Notes under the pieces: model-generated
Databases searched by the model: none
Seen by the model: only the letters and a program-made list of their open reading frames with translations
Told to the model about the DNA's origin: nothing
Source: Vitrella brassicaformis CCMP3155
Lineage: Eukaryota > Protista > Chromerida
Direction of reading: 5' to 3'
Length of the DNA stretch: 64,000 nucleotides
Assembly: GCA_001179505.1 (NCBI GenBank)
Contig: CDMY01000376.1
Location: forward strand, 248,001-312,000
In this document: in pieces, positions 24,073-36,391 of the stretch
Layout: each line of letters begins with the position of its first letter
Numbering within the stretch: the first letter of the stretch is position 1
Made by a program: the position numbers and the translations under genes

Positions 24073-26082
24073 ATGGCTGCCAGCGCTGCTCAGGTGAGAG
24101 AAGAGGAGCCAAAGAAGGCACGCAGATCACGGCGTCAGTCGGCTGTGGCGGGCTGTCTTTGATTGTGTTGTTTGTCAGGCCAATTATCTGCAGACGACGA
24201 TGGCTGCGATGCGGGAGCAGCTGCTGGCGGGGATAGAAGCCTATCGGACCAATCAGGCGAATGTACCTTTTCAACGCACTCGCTCACTCACTCACTCACT
24301 CACTCATTCATTCGGTGCATCGCTCATCGGTCGGTTGCTTGCTTGGTGTTGTTTGTGTGTGACGCTCAGGTCAACAGTTGCATTGACCAATTCTTTCAGA
24401 TGGACACCGCTGCAGTGTCACCACTGGTGCGGGCAGACTGCCCGCCAAGCACACAACACAATCGAAGCGCAAGGCCTCTGTGTCACGGGTGCTTCATTGA
24501 TTCATTCGTTCACCAGATGATGTCCAACGTCATTGGGCATCTCGTCGCTGCATCTGCCCGACTGGCCCAGCTGGCGGACAGCATGTACTCGACCATCGCA
24601 CTCACAGCACACACCCGCACTCAGGTGAGAGAGTGACACACACACATACAGACACACCAACATGAGACCCAGACACACAGCTCCATGTCTTCCTGTGTCA
24701 TCAGGCTCGCCGGTGGCACGTGACTGACATGCCCGCCGAGCCCATGCGCATCATCATTGCCCTGTCTGACCTCACCACCGTCGCCCGCTTCAAGTCGACA
24801 GCAGGCCCCATCACCGCTGCCCTTCGGCCCATTGTCCGCCGCTTTCGCCTGCCGAAGGCCATCGAGGGGGCGGGAGTGAGTGGTGTGGTGCGGTTTGACA
24901 ATAAATTGGGCCACGGCGATGTGATGAAGGCCATGTGGATGGTGGAGGAGGGGGGCGAGGGTTGGTGGAAAGAGGCAGGCGAGACACTTAGAGTTGGCGA
25001 GCACTGCGGCTACTGCCAGCTGCCCATCACTGTGGTTGCTGGAGATCTGCAGACACACGCCACCAAAGCGGTAAGCGCAACACACTTGAGAAGAGGGTGC
25101 CGGTCACTGAGTTAACGGCTCGCTCTGTGCGTGTATGTGTGCTGGATGCAGGACTACTTATCGCTGCCCCGCTTCTGTGCCGAGTGGATGGTCGTCGGCC
25201 GCCATGTGGCCCTCCGTCGCCCCACTGGCCAGCAGGACGGCACTCTCCAACTGTTCCGCCATAACCATGAGATTCGCGCCATCCGCAACGAGCCCAACTT
25301 CGCCATCACCCTCAACCCGCCCCTCCCCCTCCCCAACCGCCCCACCCATCCCTTCTCGCAGCACCCCTTCCAGCAGCACGCCAAGCCACACGACCCCCCT
25401 ATCGGCATCCGCATTGGGTGGCAGGCTGGTGTGGGCTGGGCGGCGGCTGGTGCCAACAACGGGGGCGTTCACGCGTCAGCGAGTTCCATGTTGAAGAGGC
25501 TGCTGCTTGGTCACCAGGAGGTGGCTGTGGGCGGCATGTCCTAGTCGCCAATAGTGACGGTAGACCGGTAAGTGGATGGACGGCAGGTCGCTCATGGTCT
25601 GTTTCAAACACCCATGTGTGTGTCAGGGGTGTGTGTGGCGGCCATCTCGACCGCATCTTGACCCAATCGCCGCACACGCCCCTAGATGGATGCTCGGATG
25701 TGGCGACACGCGAGATGGTCGGTGGGACCTGTGTGCAGCTGCGTGTACTGACGTCGTCCGGTGACCCCTTCATCGCATACATTGCCTGGGGCCCCCCTCC
25801 AGGCACCAACGGGGCCCCCCTCCAGGCACCAACCAGAACGATACGCATACACGTTAGTAAAGAAAGAGCAACTCGATTGACGAGACCTCCATGCCGTCAT
25901 ATTGTCCGATCATCTGCCGTTGTTTGCGTGCAGTGCGCGTCATCATCGTTACCACCGAGGCGCCAGCAGCAGGAGTGGCCAATGACGCGCCCTTCGCACA
26001 GCGATTCCCCCTGACCGCCGCCAAAGTGCGTCTCGTCCTCGGCCCCATCGCACCCATCATCCTCAACGGCCAGGCACCGTAG
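24073..26082 (+). CDS. Lineage-specific expanded-family hypothetical protein (chromerid/Vitrella-type)
   Basis: MAASAAQ|ANYLQTTMAAMREQLL through HLDRILTQSPHTPLDGC, VLTSSGDPFIAYI and VTTEAP...FAQRFPLTAAKVRLVLG to TAG at 26080-26082. The C-terminal motifs resemble from memory a large Vitrella paralog family; this was not verified by search. Confidence 0.6.
25788..25833 (+). repeat. Exact 23-bp tandem duplication (GGGGCCCCCCTCCAGGCACCAAC x2) inside an exon
   Basis: Copies at 25788-25810 and 25811-25833. Confidence 0.95.
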
Positions 26083-27004
26083 ACCATGAAGGTGAGGGCT
26101 GCACACATGATGCAGAGGACCTGATCTATGTGTCCAATGTGTGTGTTTGTTGGTGTGTGTTCTGCAGGGCGGCTGGATGGCGTCAAGGAAAGACAGACAC
26201 AAGTAGCTGATCGACTGCTTGGAATGACTGCATCAATCATTTCTGCTGGTGCATGAATTATGTTGTACGACGGAGACTGAGTGAGAATGGACTCATCCGT
26301 GACCGTGCATTGTGCACAGACAGCCATTTGAATGGGTTTAGGTGTGACGATGCGTGCGTGTCTTGAGAATAGTCCCACAGCATCCATCGCACAACCGATC
26401 CATCTCTGTCTGTCTGACAAAGCCCTCTGAGCAACACACCACCCAACCCAAAGCAGAGGGCAGTGCAGGGCAGTACAGTGAGTACAGTCAGTGCAGTGCA
26501 GTAGCAGTACAGCACACAGCCAGCCTAGCAGCCCTTCTATCTATCTGTGCAGTTCAATCAATACAGTCACAAATAACATCGATGTCTTGTGAGTGAGTGC
26601 GTGTATATTGTCATTAGCCATCCATCCATCCATCCAGCATAAAAGCATGAAAGCACTCACAAAACAAGGGATCCATCAGGCAGGGTGTGAATGAATGAAT
26701 GCGATCGGTCGACCAACAACGACGAGCGATAGCGACATCGACAGCGATAGAGACAGAGGGGGAGAGAGAGAGAGAGAGAGAGAGCGATCGAGCCGACGAA
26801 CGATGCGTGTGGGGGGTTGGTTGGGGGCTGGTCGATTTGGGCTTTACGACAAAAGGCAAAACAGAGCGCCCGACACCTAAATGGCTGATGATACACACAT
26901 GCAGATACATACATACACCCCTCCACCTTATCTATCTCCCTTCTGGACAAAGAAACAAACGACGAGGCGGCTGGCCCCTGGCCTGGCCTGTCTGCGCCTC
27001 TAGA

Positions 27005-27100
27005 TCTGAGACACACCACACCACACCACACAACACCACACAACACCACACAACACACCACCACACACCACCACACAACACCACACAACACAACACACAG
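27005..27100. repeat. Pentanucleotide (CACCA/CACAA)n microsatellite in a convergent intergenic region
   Basis: Directly visible run, e.g. acacaccacaccacaccacacaacaccacacaacaccacac. Similar tracts lie at about 20328-20365 and 55221-55268. Confidence 0.85.
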
Positions 27101-27316
27101 GAATGAATGAGCCCTCCCCTCCCTCCCTCCCTGCCTGCCCCCTCCCGGCCCTATACTCAACACAAGCCTACGTACTTATCTGACACACACCACACACACC
27201 ACTCTCAATGACACCAAAAAGGCTATATAGGCACTGTTCTGGACACTGAGAAACCAAGACAGCCAACAGTGCAGTGGTCGATGAACCATAAACAAACAAC
27301 GTACGTCCGCCCTTAC

Positions 27317-29080
27317 CTACTGCCCCTCTCTGAGACCCACCCCGTTGGCTGATCATCAACGTCATCACACACAGGCATTTAGACACACAACGACTCACAC
27401 GTTGTGGGGATGTCCTTCTCGTCGTAGTCAAGGTACGCGATGTAATTGCCGACAGAAAACTCAACCGTGCCGGAGGACTGACACACACACAGAGGCAAAC
27501 CACGCCATCACAGAACGGCGAGTGTGCCTCCTTGTTGGCCGGCCTGTTTGCTCCCTTACCTCCACATAGGCCCTCCCCACAAGCGACCGCAACACCTGCA
27601 CACACGCACACACACACACACACACGATATGGATCAACAAACACATGAATGGCCTTCCTTGCGGTGGGTGCAGTGCGTCTTACGGTGCGTATGGCGGCCT
27701 TCGAGATGAACGTGTTGAGCGTGTACCATCTTGTGTTGCTGGTGCTCTCCGCGCGGATCACCGACGGGTCGTCTCGCCAATCCACTACCCCGCTAGCTAT
27801 CAAGCTACAAGCATCAGCACACACACAGAGAGACAGAGACACAGGGAGAGTACCCGCATGGCCCACCCATGCTGCTCTGTGCGTGTCTGCAGACATATGT
27901 GTGCGTACGTTCCATCGTTGTATACGGTCAAGTTGTTGTGTCGGATGGCCATGTCCACTGGGAAGGCGTTGCGCAGCGTCAGCCGCACCAGGATCCGCAT
28001 GTTGATCAGCGGGATGCCCTACACACACCACACACCATACAGAGAAGATGATATGGATCCACGGGAGAGTGAGCGATCCACTTCACTCACCCTGAGGTCG
28101 TCCAACTCCACCGCCTGCATCAATTTGTTACTCGACCCAGGAATGGTCATCCGGCTCTTCCACGCGCCAAACAGCGCCTTCAGCAGCGGATTCCGCGAGC
28201 TGTCCCGCCGACCCCTCACCTCCAAGTCGTTTGGCAGCTGGCTCACAAACCTCGACAGAAACACACGGGACCCCGCACGCAGGTCGGGGCCCGGAGCCGG
28301 GTCGATCCGCACTTGAATGGGCATCGTGTGGTTCTCCCCGTTGACAAGCGCCAGATCTGGAATTGTCACCTCCCCCACCTTGACCAGGATGGTGTCGCCC
28401 CCGTCGGTCTCGTCAAGGATTGTCATGCTGTCGGGGAGGGATGACCGGAGAGAGCGGTTGGTGGGCAGGTAGAGGTCGAGGTCGACGTCGCCGAGGCGGG
28501 CGGAGAGGAAGCCTTGGTGAGCGATCCAGAGGACGGTCTCGATGATGAGGGCGTCGGCGGTGCCGCCAGTGACCTCGGTCCCGAACACACCACTGCGGTC
28601 TGCCAAGGTGCCACCGATATCTGCTCACACACACACACACACAGACATGGACCAATCCACCCTCTACACGGAGGCCGTTGGCGGCCGTCTTACGTTCGAT
28701 GTCTCTCCTGAGGGTGAGGTCGACTTCGCGCACCTCGAGCTCGCCCACGGCGGTCTGCACAGCGAGACTCGCCCTCCCGCTCAGTTCCATCACCGATGGC
28801 CCACTCTCCGCCACAAGCGACACCAGGAAGGCCTCGAAACGCTCCCGCTCCTCGCCCTCTTCTGTCTGCAGGGTCGCGTCGGCGAATGACGCCCTGAAGG
28901 CCCGCAGCCGGGAGGCGTTGTGGGCGGGGAATGCTTCTGCTGAGGGGGTGAGAGGCGAGACGCTGGTGGTGGAGAGGGAGACGCGGCCGAGGGGGGGCTC
29001 GAGGGAGCTGTCCTTGACGCGCCGGAGCTCGACCGTCTGGTTCAACTCGATGACCTGCAGCGGCAGCAGGGAGATAACTG

Positions 29081-29114
<34 letters not shown>

Positions 29115-32100
29115 TGTGTACCGTGTGTGTGACATCGAACGCCTCAGGCAGCTGGTAGACCACCTCCACGTTGCCCTGCAGCACCGGTCCGCCGCCATCT
29201 CCACCTCCACCACCTCCCGCAGAAGTGGTGAAGTCAAACATGAGTGAGTCTATCGCCACATTGCCAATGAACTCGCCGCTCTCCACACCCACAGCACCCA
29301 CACCAGCACCCTTACCCTCACCCTCGCCCTCTGCCACATCTCCTCTCGACGGTGAAAGCTCCACATCGAGCGACAAAGCCTCCATGGCCATCAGCACCCA
29401 CGACCTCTCCTCGCCGTCGACAGCCTTCTTGCCTTTGATGGTGACGGGCAGCGGCCGGCTGTCGACCATGGCGCTGAGGAACGCGGAGGCGGCGTCGCGG
29501 TCGGTGATGCCCTCCCGGATCACACCCCTGACCATCAGCCGGTTGGCGCCACGCTTCAACGTCACGTCAGGTGCGACCAGCTCCGCCAGGCGGCCGCCGT
29601 CGTACCAAACCTCAAGCTCGATGCCGCCCAGCTCGATCGAGGCAAGGGAGCCATCGCCGTCCCCTCCGATGACCACGTCAAAGGCCGCCTCCATGTCAAA
29701 CCCCTCGTCGACGTTGGCGGCGTCGCGGACGGACCACTCCCTCAAACCCCCAGCTCCCCCCTGGTTGCCGAGCGAGATACCTCCTATGGTCACGTCGGTT
29801 TCTACGGGAAGGCGCAGGGTGAGCTCGCCAAGAGGGGAGTCGACTTCCGCCTCGACCCAGCCACCCACCACCACCCGCTGCTCGGCCTCTGGCTCGTCGG
29901 TGTCTTGTGCTGCTCTGGTGGGGCCGTCGTCCGTCGAGCTGGTGAGATTCTCGTCGTCTCCCGACCTCAGCAAGTCGGCAGCCAGGTTCCCGAGCCTCTC
30001 GCCGCCGTCAGGGAAGACAATCATGCCGTCCTGCAGCTCAAGGGAGATGCTCCGCTGAGGGCTGCCCTCATCGACCGAGGTCTTCACAGCCATGAAGGGG
30101 GTGGTCAGGGTGCCCAGTGGGGTTTCGTCATCAGCAGCCCCTGGGCGCCTCATGGCCACGTCAACACGTGCCCGCTTGATAATGACCTCGGAGCCCTCGC
30201 CCAGCGGGTTGGTGAACCCTCCACGGACCGACGCGGAGAAAGTGGCGCCCGCCGTCGCGTTGTTGGCTGCCCCAAGGGATACATCGGCGATCCTCAGCTC
30301 CTGGAGAGTTTGTTGCGGCCTGCCGGGCAGCGTGATGTCGACAGCGATGGCCTTGACGGTCTTCCCGAGCCACGACGGGGCGGTCTCTGCGCCTGGGATG
30401 GTAATGGACACGCCCTGCACGCGCACGGTGGCGTTTTGGCCGGAGAGGTATGTCGAGATGAAGTCGCTCGCTTGCAGCATGGCATTTGGGTCCTCGGGGT
30501 CGGGCGGCAGCAGCCGGCCTCTCACAGGTAGAGAGTTGTTGCCCGCTCGAATGCGGAGAGGCTCCACTGCCAGCTCGCCCAGCGTGATGCTCTCGTTCGC
30601 CCCGCCGGCAGGGTACTTGAGCGCGAAGACCACGTTGCCCAGGTCGACGGAGAGGGGAAAGTCCGGCGGCACACTCACTGACAGGTCGGTGGTGAACGCC
30701 ACGCCCTCTTCTCCCGGTTCGCTGCCGAAGGCGATGGATCCCAGCTTGGCTGAAGCGAGGTCGAAGGCGGGCTCGTCGCCGTCGGTTAGGGGCAGGGGGT
30801 CGTCAACGGCAAGTGGCAGGTCACGGATCTCAATCAGACCCAGCGGGGTCTCCACAGACACGTTGGATGAGCCCACCAGCTGCAGCCTGAGGGCGGAGCT
30901 GGGGAGGGGGTCGGTCGCAGTGAGGGCCGACACGAGGTCGACGATGGCCGCGCTGTTCTCGTCGATCGTCAGGGATGACCGAAAGACGAACCGCGCTCGC
31001 AGAGAATCCGTCGCGTTGGTGGTTCCGTTGCTGGTGTCGTCGGGTTCAATGCGCTGGGCGGGTTGTGTCGGGATGGTCAGGCGGCCGACGGGGCGGGACT
31101 TGCTGTCCACCAGCTGGGCCGTCATGGAGATGGTGTCGATGCTCACGTCACCCACCTTGGTGAACGGGTTGCGCGCCGCCAGCATCAGGCTGCCTTTCAG
31201 CTCGACGGTTCCGTCAGCATTGGGTGCGAAATGGAGCCGCTCGAGCGTGATGGACTGCAAAAGTGAGTCCGCGAACAGCCCCCCCAGCGACAGCTGCATC
31301 TCCATGCTGCCCATGACCTCACTCAGCCAGGGGGCGCCTCTGCCCATGGGGCTCGGCCGCACCATCACGGGGTTGGGGGTGTCGCTCAGAATCATGTCGT
31401 TGAGCACCTCCGAGAAGAAATCCCCGGCCGCCTTGCCGTCTGGCGGCTCCAGGCTCCCCAGCAGGCCGATCGTCGTGACCGCCGGCTTCGGCTGAATGGT
31501 GAGGTTGGACGACACCAGCCGCCCGATTCTCGCCCCTCGTCTGCTCTCATCAAGTCGGCTGAGCGTCCACATGACGTCGCCGAGGGATAGGCCGAGGAAG
31601 GAGGGGTTCTTGAGCTCCACGGTTGCCGCGAGATGCAGCTTCGGGGCCGTCCCGTTGGCGGCCTCATCGACGCCCTCAATCGACCAATGGGTGAGGTTCA
31701 CCCTGTCACGGAGAGAGCCCAACGACCGGAAGTCGACTGTTTCTGAGAGGGGCAGGCCGCTGAGGGTCAGCATGCCCATCGGGGTGCCCACTGCGCTGAC
31801 CATCTCGCCCCTCAGACCCATCGACAACGATCCAGCAACAGAGGTGTCTGCATCTGCTTCGGTGTCGGCATCCAGCAGCCGCCTGGCGAACTCGGTGAAC
31901 GGCTTGCCGCCATCCAGCAGCTCCACGACGCCCGTCAGCTTCAGTGTGAGGTCGATCAGGCCTGTCCCATTGCCGTCGGCCGGTGTGATGACCAGATTGT
32001 CCTGCGGCACCTCCAGATGGCCGAAGCGCTCGCCCCACTGGGTGTCGTTCTCGACCCTGTGCAGATCTGACGCGAGACTCAGCCTGTCGACTGTGATGGG

Positions 32101-35100
32101 CGCCGACGCCCCCAGTGGGTTGCGCAGGGTCGCGCGGAGGCCGCCCGTCACGCCGATACGCTTCTCTGTAGCAGTGGTGTTGCTCAGGTCGAGCTCGAAT
32201 GCTGTCACTTCCATCTGCTCGATCAGCGCGAACTCTCCCCCCACCGCACCACCCGCACCAGTGGTGACACCGCTGAGCGTGTGGAGGGGCGGCAGGCTGG
32301 CGTTGAGGTCAAAGTTGGCGGTGAGGGTCTCGAGCCACCGCGGCAGAGTGGTGTTGCCGGCGCCCGTCACGCGGATGTCGACGGGCAGCCCGCCCCCCTG
32401 GATGTAGCTTGAGAAGGCGCTCGAGACGGCCGCCATGTCGGCCTCGTCAGGCCTCAGCTGACCGGTGAGGTGGATCTTGGACCGCCCAGATGGCAGATGC
32501 ACACCTTTGCCGCCGACAGACCCCAGGACGACCGGTGCTTCTCCCTCGGTTGTGGCCGGCAGGGTGAGGACGAAGGCCACGTCGCCGAGAGTGACTTGTG
32601 CGAGGGAGGGGTTGTCGACCAGAGCGACCGTCTTGACCCCCAGACCTCCCCCCGCCACCGCCCCAGTGAAGTCCACCTCTGACAGCCTGATGGCCAGGCC
32701 CCCTGCAGCAGCAGCAGCAGCAGCAGCAGCTGTGGGGGCGCCGAATGGACGCACGGCCATAGACGCTGGTCTGGGTGCCGAATCTTTGNNNNNNNNNNNN
32801 NNNNNNNNNNNNNNNNNNNNNNNNNNNNNNNNNNNNNNNNNNNNNNNNNNNNNNNNNNNNNNNNNNNNNNNNNNNNNNNNNNNNNNNNNNNNNNNNNNNN
32901 NNNNNNNNNNNNNNNNNNNNNNNNNNNNNNNNNNNNNNNNNNNNNNNNNNNNNNNNNNNNNNNNNNNNNNNNNNNNNNNNNNNNNNNNNNNNNNNNNNNN
33001 NNNNNNNNNNNNNNNNNNNNNNNNNNNNNNNNNNNNNNNNNNNNNNNNNNNNNNNNNNNNNNNNNNNNNNNNNNNNNNNNNNNNNNNNGGCTCCCCGTCG
33101 AACTCGAGAAAGGTGGAGATCGCAATCGACGTCACGTTGAAGGGCACCTCGCTGCCGAAGACATTGGACACGCTGGCCTCCAGCTGCCCACTCACCGGTA
33201 GCGTCGCGGCCTGCAGCCGCCGCCCGCTCAGCACCCGTCTGACGCCCATGACCGAGCCGAGGTCCAGGTTGAAGCTCACGAGTGTCACCTGCCGGACCAG
33301 CGCGGCCCTGGCTGTCGCATTCGCGTCCGTAGCTCCCGCCTGCAGCAGATCGGACGTACCGAAGGAGAAGGGCAGAGTCAGATCGAGGGCCCTGACAGCA
33401 CCTGAGCAGACAAAAAAGTGGGCGTGAAATGCGTTCACCCTCTCCCTCCTGTCTGTCTGTCTGTCTATCGGTGTTGTTTCTGTCACTGACTTGAGAAGAT
33501 GGGCAGCGACGAGCGTTTGCCCTTCGCGGCGACGACGGGCTTCTCCTGCTTGAGAATGGCAGTTACCATCTCGCTCATCAGCGCACGCCCATCCGTCCCG
33601 TCAGCAAGCCGCGACGCAGGCTCCAGACGGCCCTCCAATCGCCACGTGTTGCGCCCGCTTTCCAGCGAGGCGCTCGACGCCACGAGCTCGCCGATCGGCA
33701 AGCCTTTGTATGCGAGAGCGAGGTGGACGTCGCCGAGTGTCTCGATGGAGAGTTTGCTTGGGTTGTGGAAGACGACGGTGAGCGACAGGTCGACTCCCTT
33801 GCCGATGTCGTCTTTGCCCTTGAGCTCCAGGTCAGACACCTCGACGCCATCAGCAGCGAGTGCGGCGCCCAGCGAGCCACCCATGGCTGATGTGATGTGC
33901 AGCACACCCACCCACACAGATGAGATGACGTACGTGGTGGGGTTGATTGGATGCACACACTACACTCCCTTCTCACCATCGTTTGGCAGGTATCTCTCGT
34001 ATTTGAGGCTGTTGATGTGGAACGGCAGGTCGATCGCGCCGAAGGGCAGCTCCACCTTGATGTCCAGCCCCTCCGAGCCCACAAACCGCCACCCGAGGCC
34101 GTCTCTCCCGGCCTGCTCGCCAGGCCTGGCCGTCAGCAGGTAGGTGAAGGCATCGAACGACGTCGAATCGTCGACCCTCACGCGACACTCGAGCGTCAGC
34201 GGCGCTGGCGAGCCCTCCAGCACCATCGGCGGCGCCTCGAAGGACCCCATCGGCAGATCAGACGAGGAAGATCCCCCCAGGCCCTCGAAGACGGCGTGGA
34301 TGCCCGAGCGGTTTGTGCTGTTGTCTGGTATCATTGGGGGGGAGTGGTTCTCGCTGACGACGCCGTACATCTCGAGCCTGAATGGCTTGGTGGTGACCCT
34401 GACGGACCGCGCGAGTCCCTCGGGCCGTTGCATGCTGCCTGAGACGGCCAGATCGAAGCCGTAGCCGCCTTTGCCGCTGAGGGAAGGGTTGGAGATGTAG
34501 ATGGCATCAAGCACCAAACTCTGACCGATCGATCACACACACACACAGACAGACAGACAGAGAGAGAGAGTTAATATGGTTCGGTGGCCGGCGAGTGTTT
34601 GTCCAGCTGCCGCTCACTCACCGATTTGTCAAGGGACCTCTGCACCACCCCCGGCAGTATCCCATAGATCCCGACCAAGGCAAGTGTGAGCAGCAGCACC
34701 ATCACCCCCCCACACGCAAACAGCATCACCCGCCGCCGCCGACGCTTCTTAGCGCCCGCCTCCGACCGCATCGACGGGAAGAACGGCCGCGTGGCCTTGT
34801 CTTGCTGCCGGTAGGTCGTGTCGCGAGTGCTCCCGCCGTGATAGGGGCTGACTGGGGTGCTCCGGATCCACCATAGCATCCGCCGGCTGACGGGCGTGAC
34901 GGTGTCCGAGGCCGTGTTGGGGGTCTTGTCATGGGGGGAGCCGTCGTCGGCCGCGGAGGTCGCTGAATGGTGGTCCTGCGGCGACCACTCGTGAGTTGGC
35001 GAATGGTCGGACTCGGGCTGCCGTGTGGTAACTCGGGAGGCGTGGTGGTTCTCCTCTGTCATGGGAGAAGCCGCGTGAGGCACATCAGGTTCTGGTCTTG

Positions 35101-36052
35101 GCTCAGCGAGCGGCTGGGGTGACTTGAGGTGGTCTGCGTCGGTGGGGGGGTCCAGATCGAAGTCGTCATCGGCCTGCATCTCGTCCTTGAGCCGGTCTGA
35201 GAGCTCCGCCAGGACGCTATCGGGCCAGTTGAGCCGCACCTGTGGGCTGGGCTGCACGTCGTCTAGAGTGACCGGCTCCTCGCTGTAGGCCAGGCTGTCA
35301 GAGTCGCTCGTGGTCACAATGCCCACCCCACCCCCTTGATGCATCGACGACCTGTGGTGGAAGGTCATGGGCGAAGAGCCGTCCCTGCCTCCCTCGCTCG
35401 GCGGGCTGCTCTCGAGCGTCCTCGACAGCTGTGTCCTCAGTACCGTGCCCGGCAAGGGGATCATCATCGAGAGGCCACCGTCAGCCGACCGCCGAGTGAG
35501 CATGTGGTCGACGTCCATCGCCAGCCGCTCGCAGTTAGACCGCGCTAAGCTCTCAGGGCTCACACTCGATATGCTCAGCGAGGGGATGGGCTCCTCATCC
35601 GAGTCGTGCTCATCGTCGTTGCCCTGCTCGTCCTCTTGCACCGTCCCCACTGTCTGCAGCAGGAGGTCCTGCCACGCCTGCTGGCTCTGCACGCCGCGAG
35701 CCGTGGTCGAGGGCGTCGGCCCCTCCGACACCGATGTGGTATCGCTGATAAACAGCCGCTCGCCGGTGGTGGTTCCCTGGCCCCTCCTCGCAGTCAGGAA
35801 CCGGTCTGGACTCGCCGGCGGCGGCGCTGCTCCCCATCTGCGGCCAGTCGACTCACACTCGGTGTTGTGGTCATCGTCGCTGTCGATGCCGAACCGAGGA
35901 GATCTGCGGACTGACGCCGGATAGTCACGGTTACTGCTCGGCGGCGTCTTGATAACTTCGATGCCGTGCTGCCGGACCGCCTGCAGGAACGCCGGCGGCG
36001 ATTCCACCTCGTCATCGGGGTTGGGCGGATAGAAGAGGTCGAGGCGTTGCAT
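27317..36052 (-). CDS. Giant single-pass membrane protein with tandem DUF3712/LEA_2-like repeats (Tag1-like)
   Basis: Disordered acidic/Ser-rich N-terminus from MQRLDLFYPP (36052). Basic stretch plus TM segment KKRRRRRVMLFACGGVMVLLLTLALVGIYGILPGVVQ. Recurrent FHNPSKLSIETLGDV, VDNPSLAQVTLGDV, LKNPSFLGLSLGDV and LSVDLGNV units alternate with NPLG/NPFT units. Terminal exons GTVEFSVGNYIAYLDYDEKDIPT..., stop at about 27317. Spans a 300-N gap. Confidence 0.75.
32789..33088. other. Assembly gap (300 N)
   Basis: Run of N within the large exon of the DUF3712-like gene. Confidence 0.99.
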
Positions 36053-36391
36053 CCCTATCTCAGATGGATCTCCGAGAGATGAAATACAACACAGCCTGAC
36101 GGAAGGCCGCACGTTTTAGCTGCGTGCTCGTGCTTTGCGTCTCGTAGATCGCCTTGCCTTTCTCACTCCCCCTTTTCAACGTCGTCTCGCGTACCTCGCG
36201 CGTCAGGAGTGCTTCTTTGTCCCCACGCAACCTCTGTGATGCTTCGGTTGTCAAGATCAGCCTGATATCTGCTTCTTCGATGAATGGATCTGACCCACCG
36301 CCACTCACACAACGAGGAGGAGGGTGCTGAGGCAATGACGACAGATCCTGCAGAGGCGGCACCAGACTCATCGCACCACGTGCGTCGGGGC

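Noticed and set aside
25131-25544. Apparent gene end at GGMS* suggesting two genes
   Set aside because: The stop lies in a GT-AG intron after HQE, and family-like sequence continues to 26082.
26100-27300. 1.2-kb convergent intergenic region with short ORFs
   Set aside because: Dominated by simple repeats, with no coherent exon chain or RNA structure recognised.
30092-32407. Long + strand ORFs (467 aa, 303 aa) opposite the DUF3712-like gene, and similar antisense ORFs elsewhere
   Set aside because: Ser/Arg-rich antisense shadows expected from GC3-rich coding sequence, with no motifs.
32789-33088. Reading frame preserved across the N-gap
   Set aside because: The 300-N length is a placeholder (the other gap stands for about 194 nt), so frame continuity is not informative.
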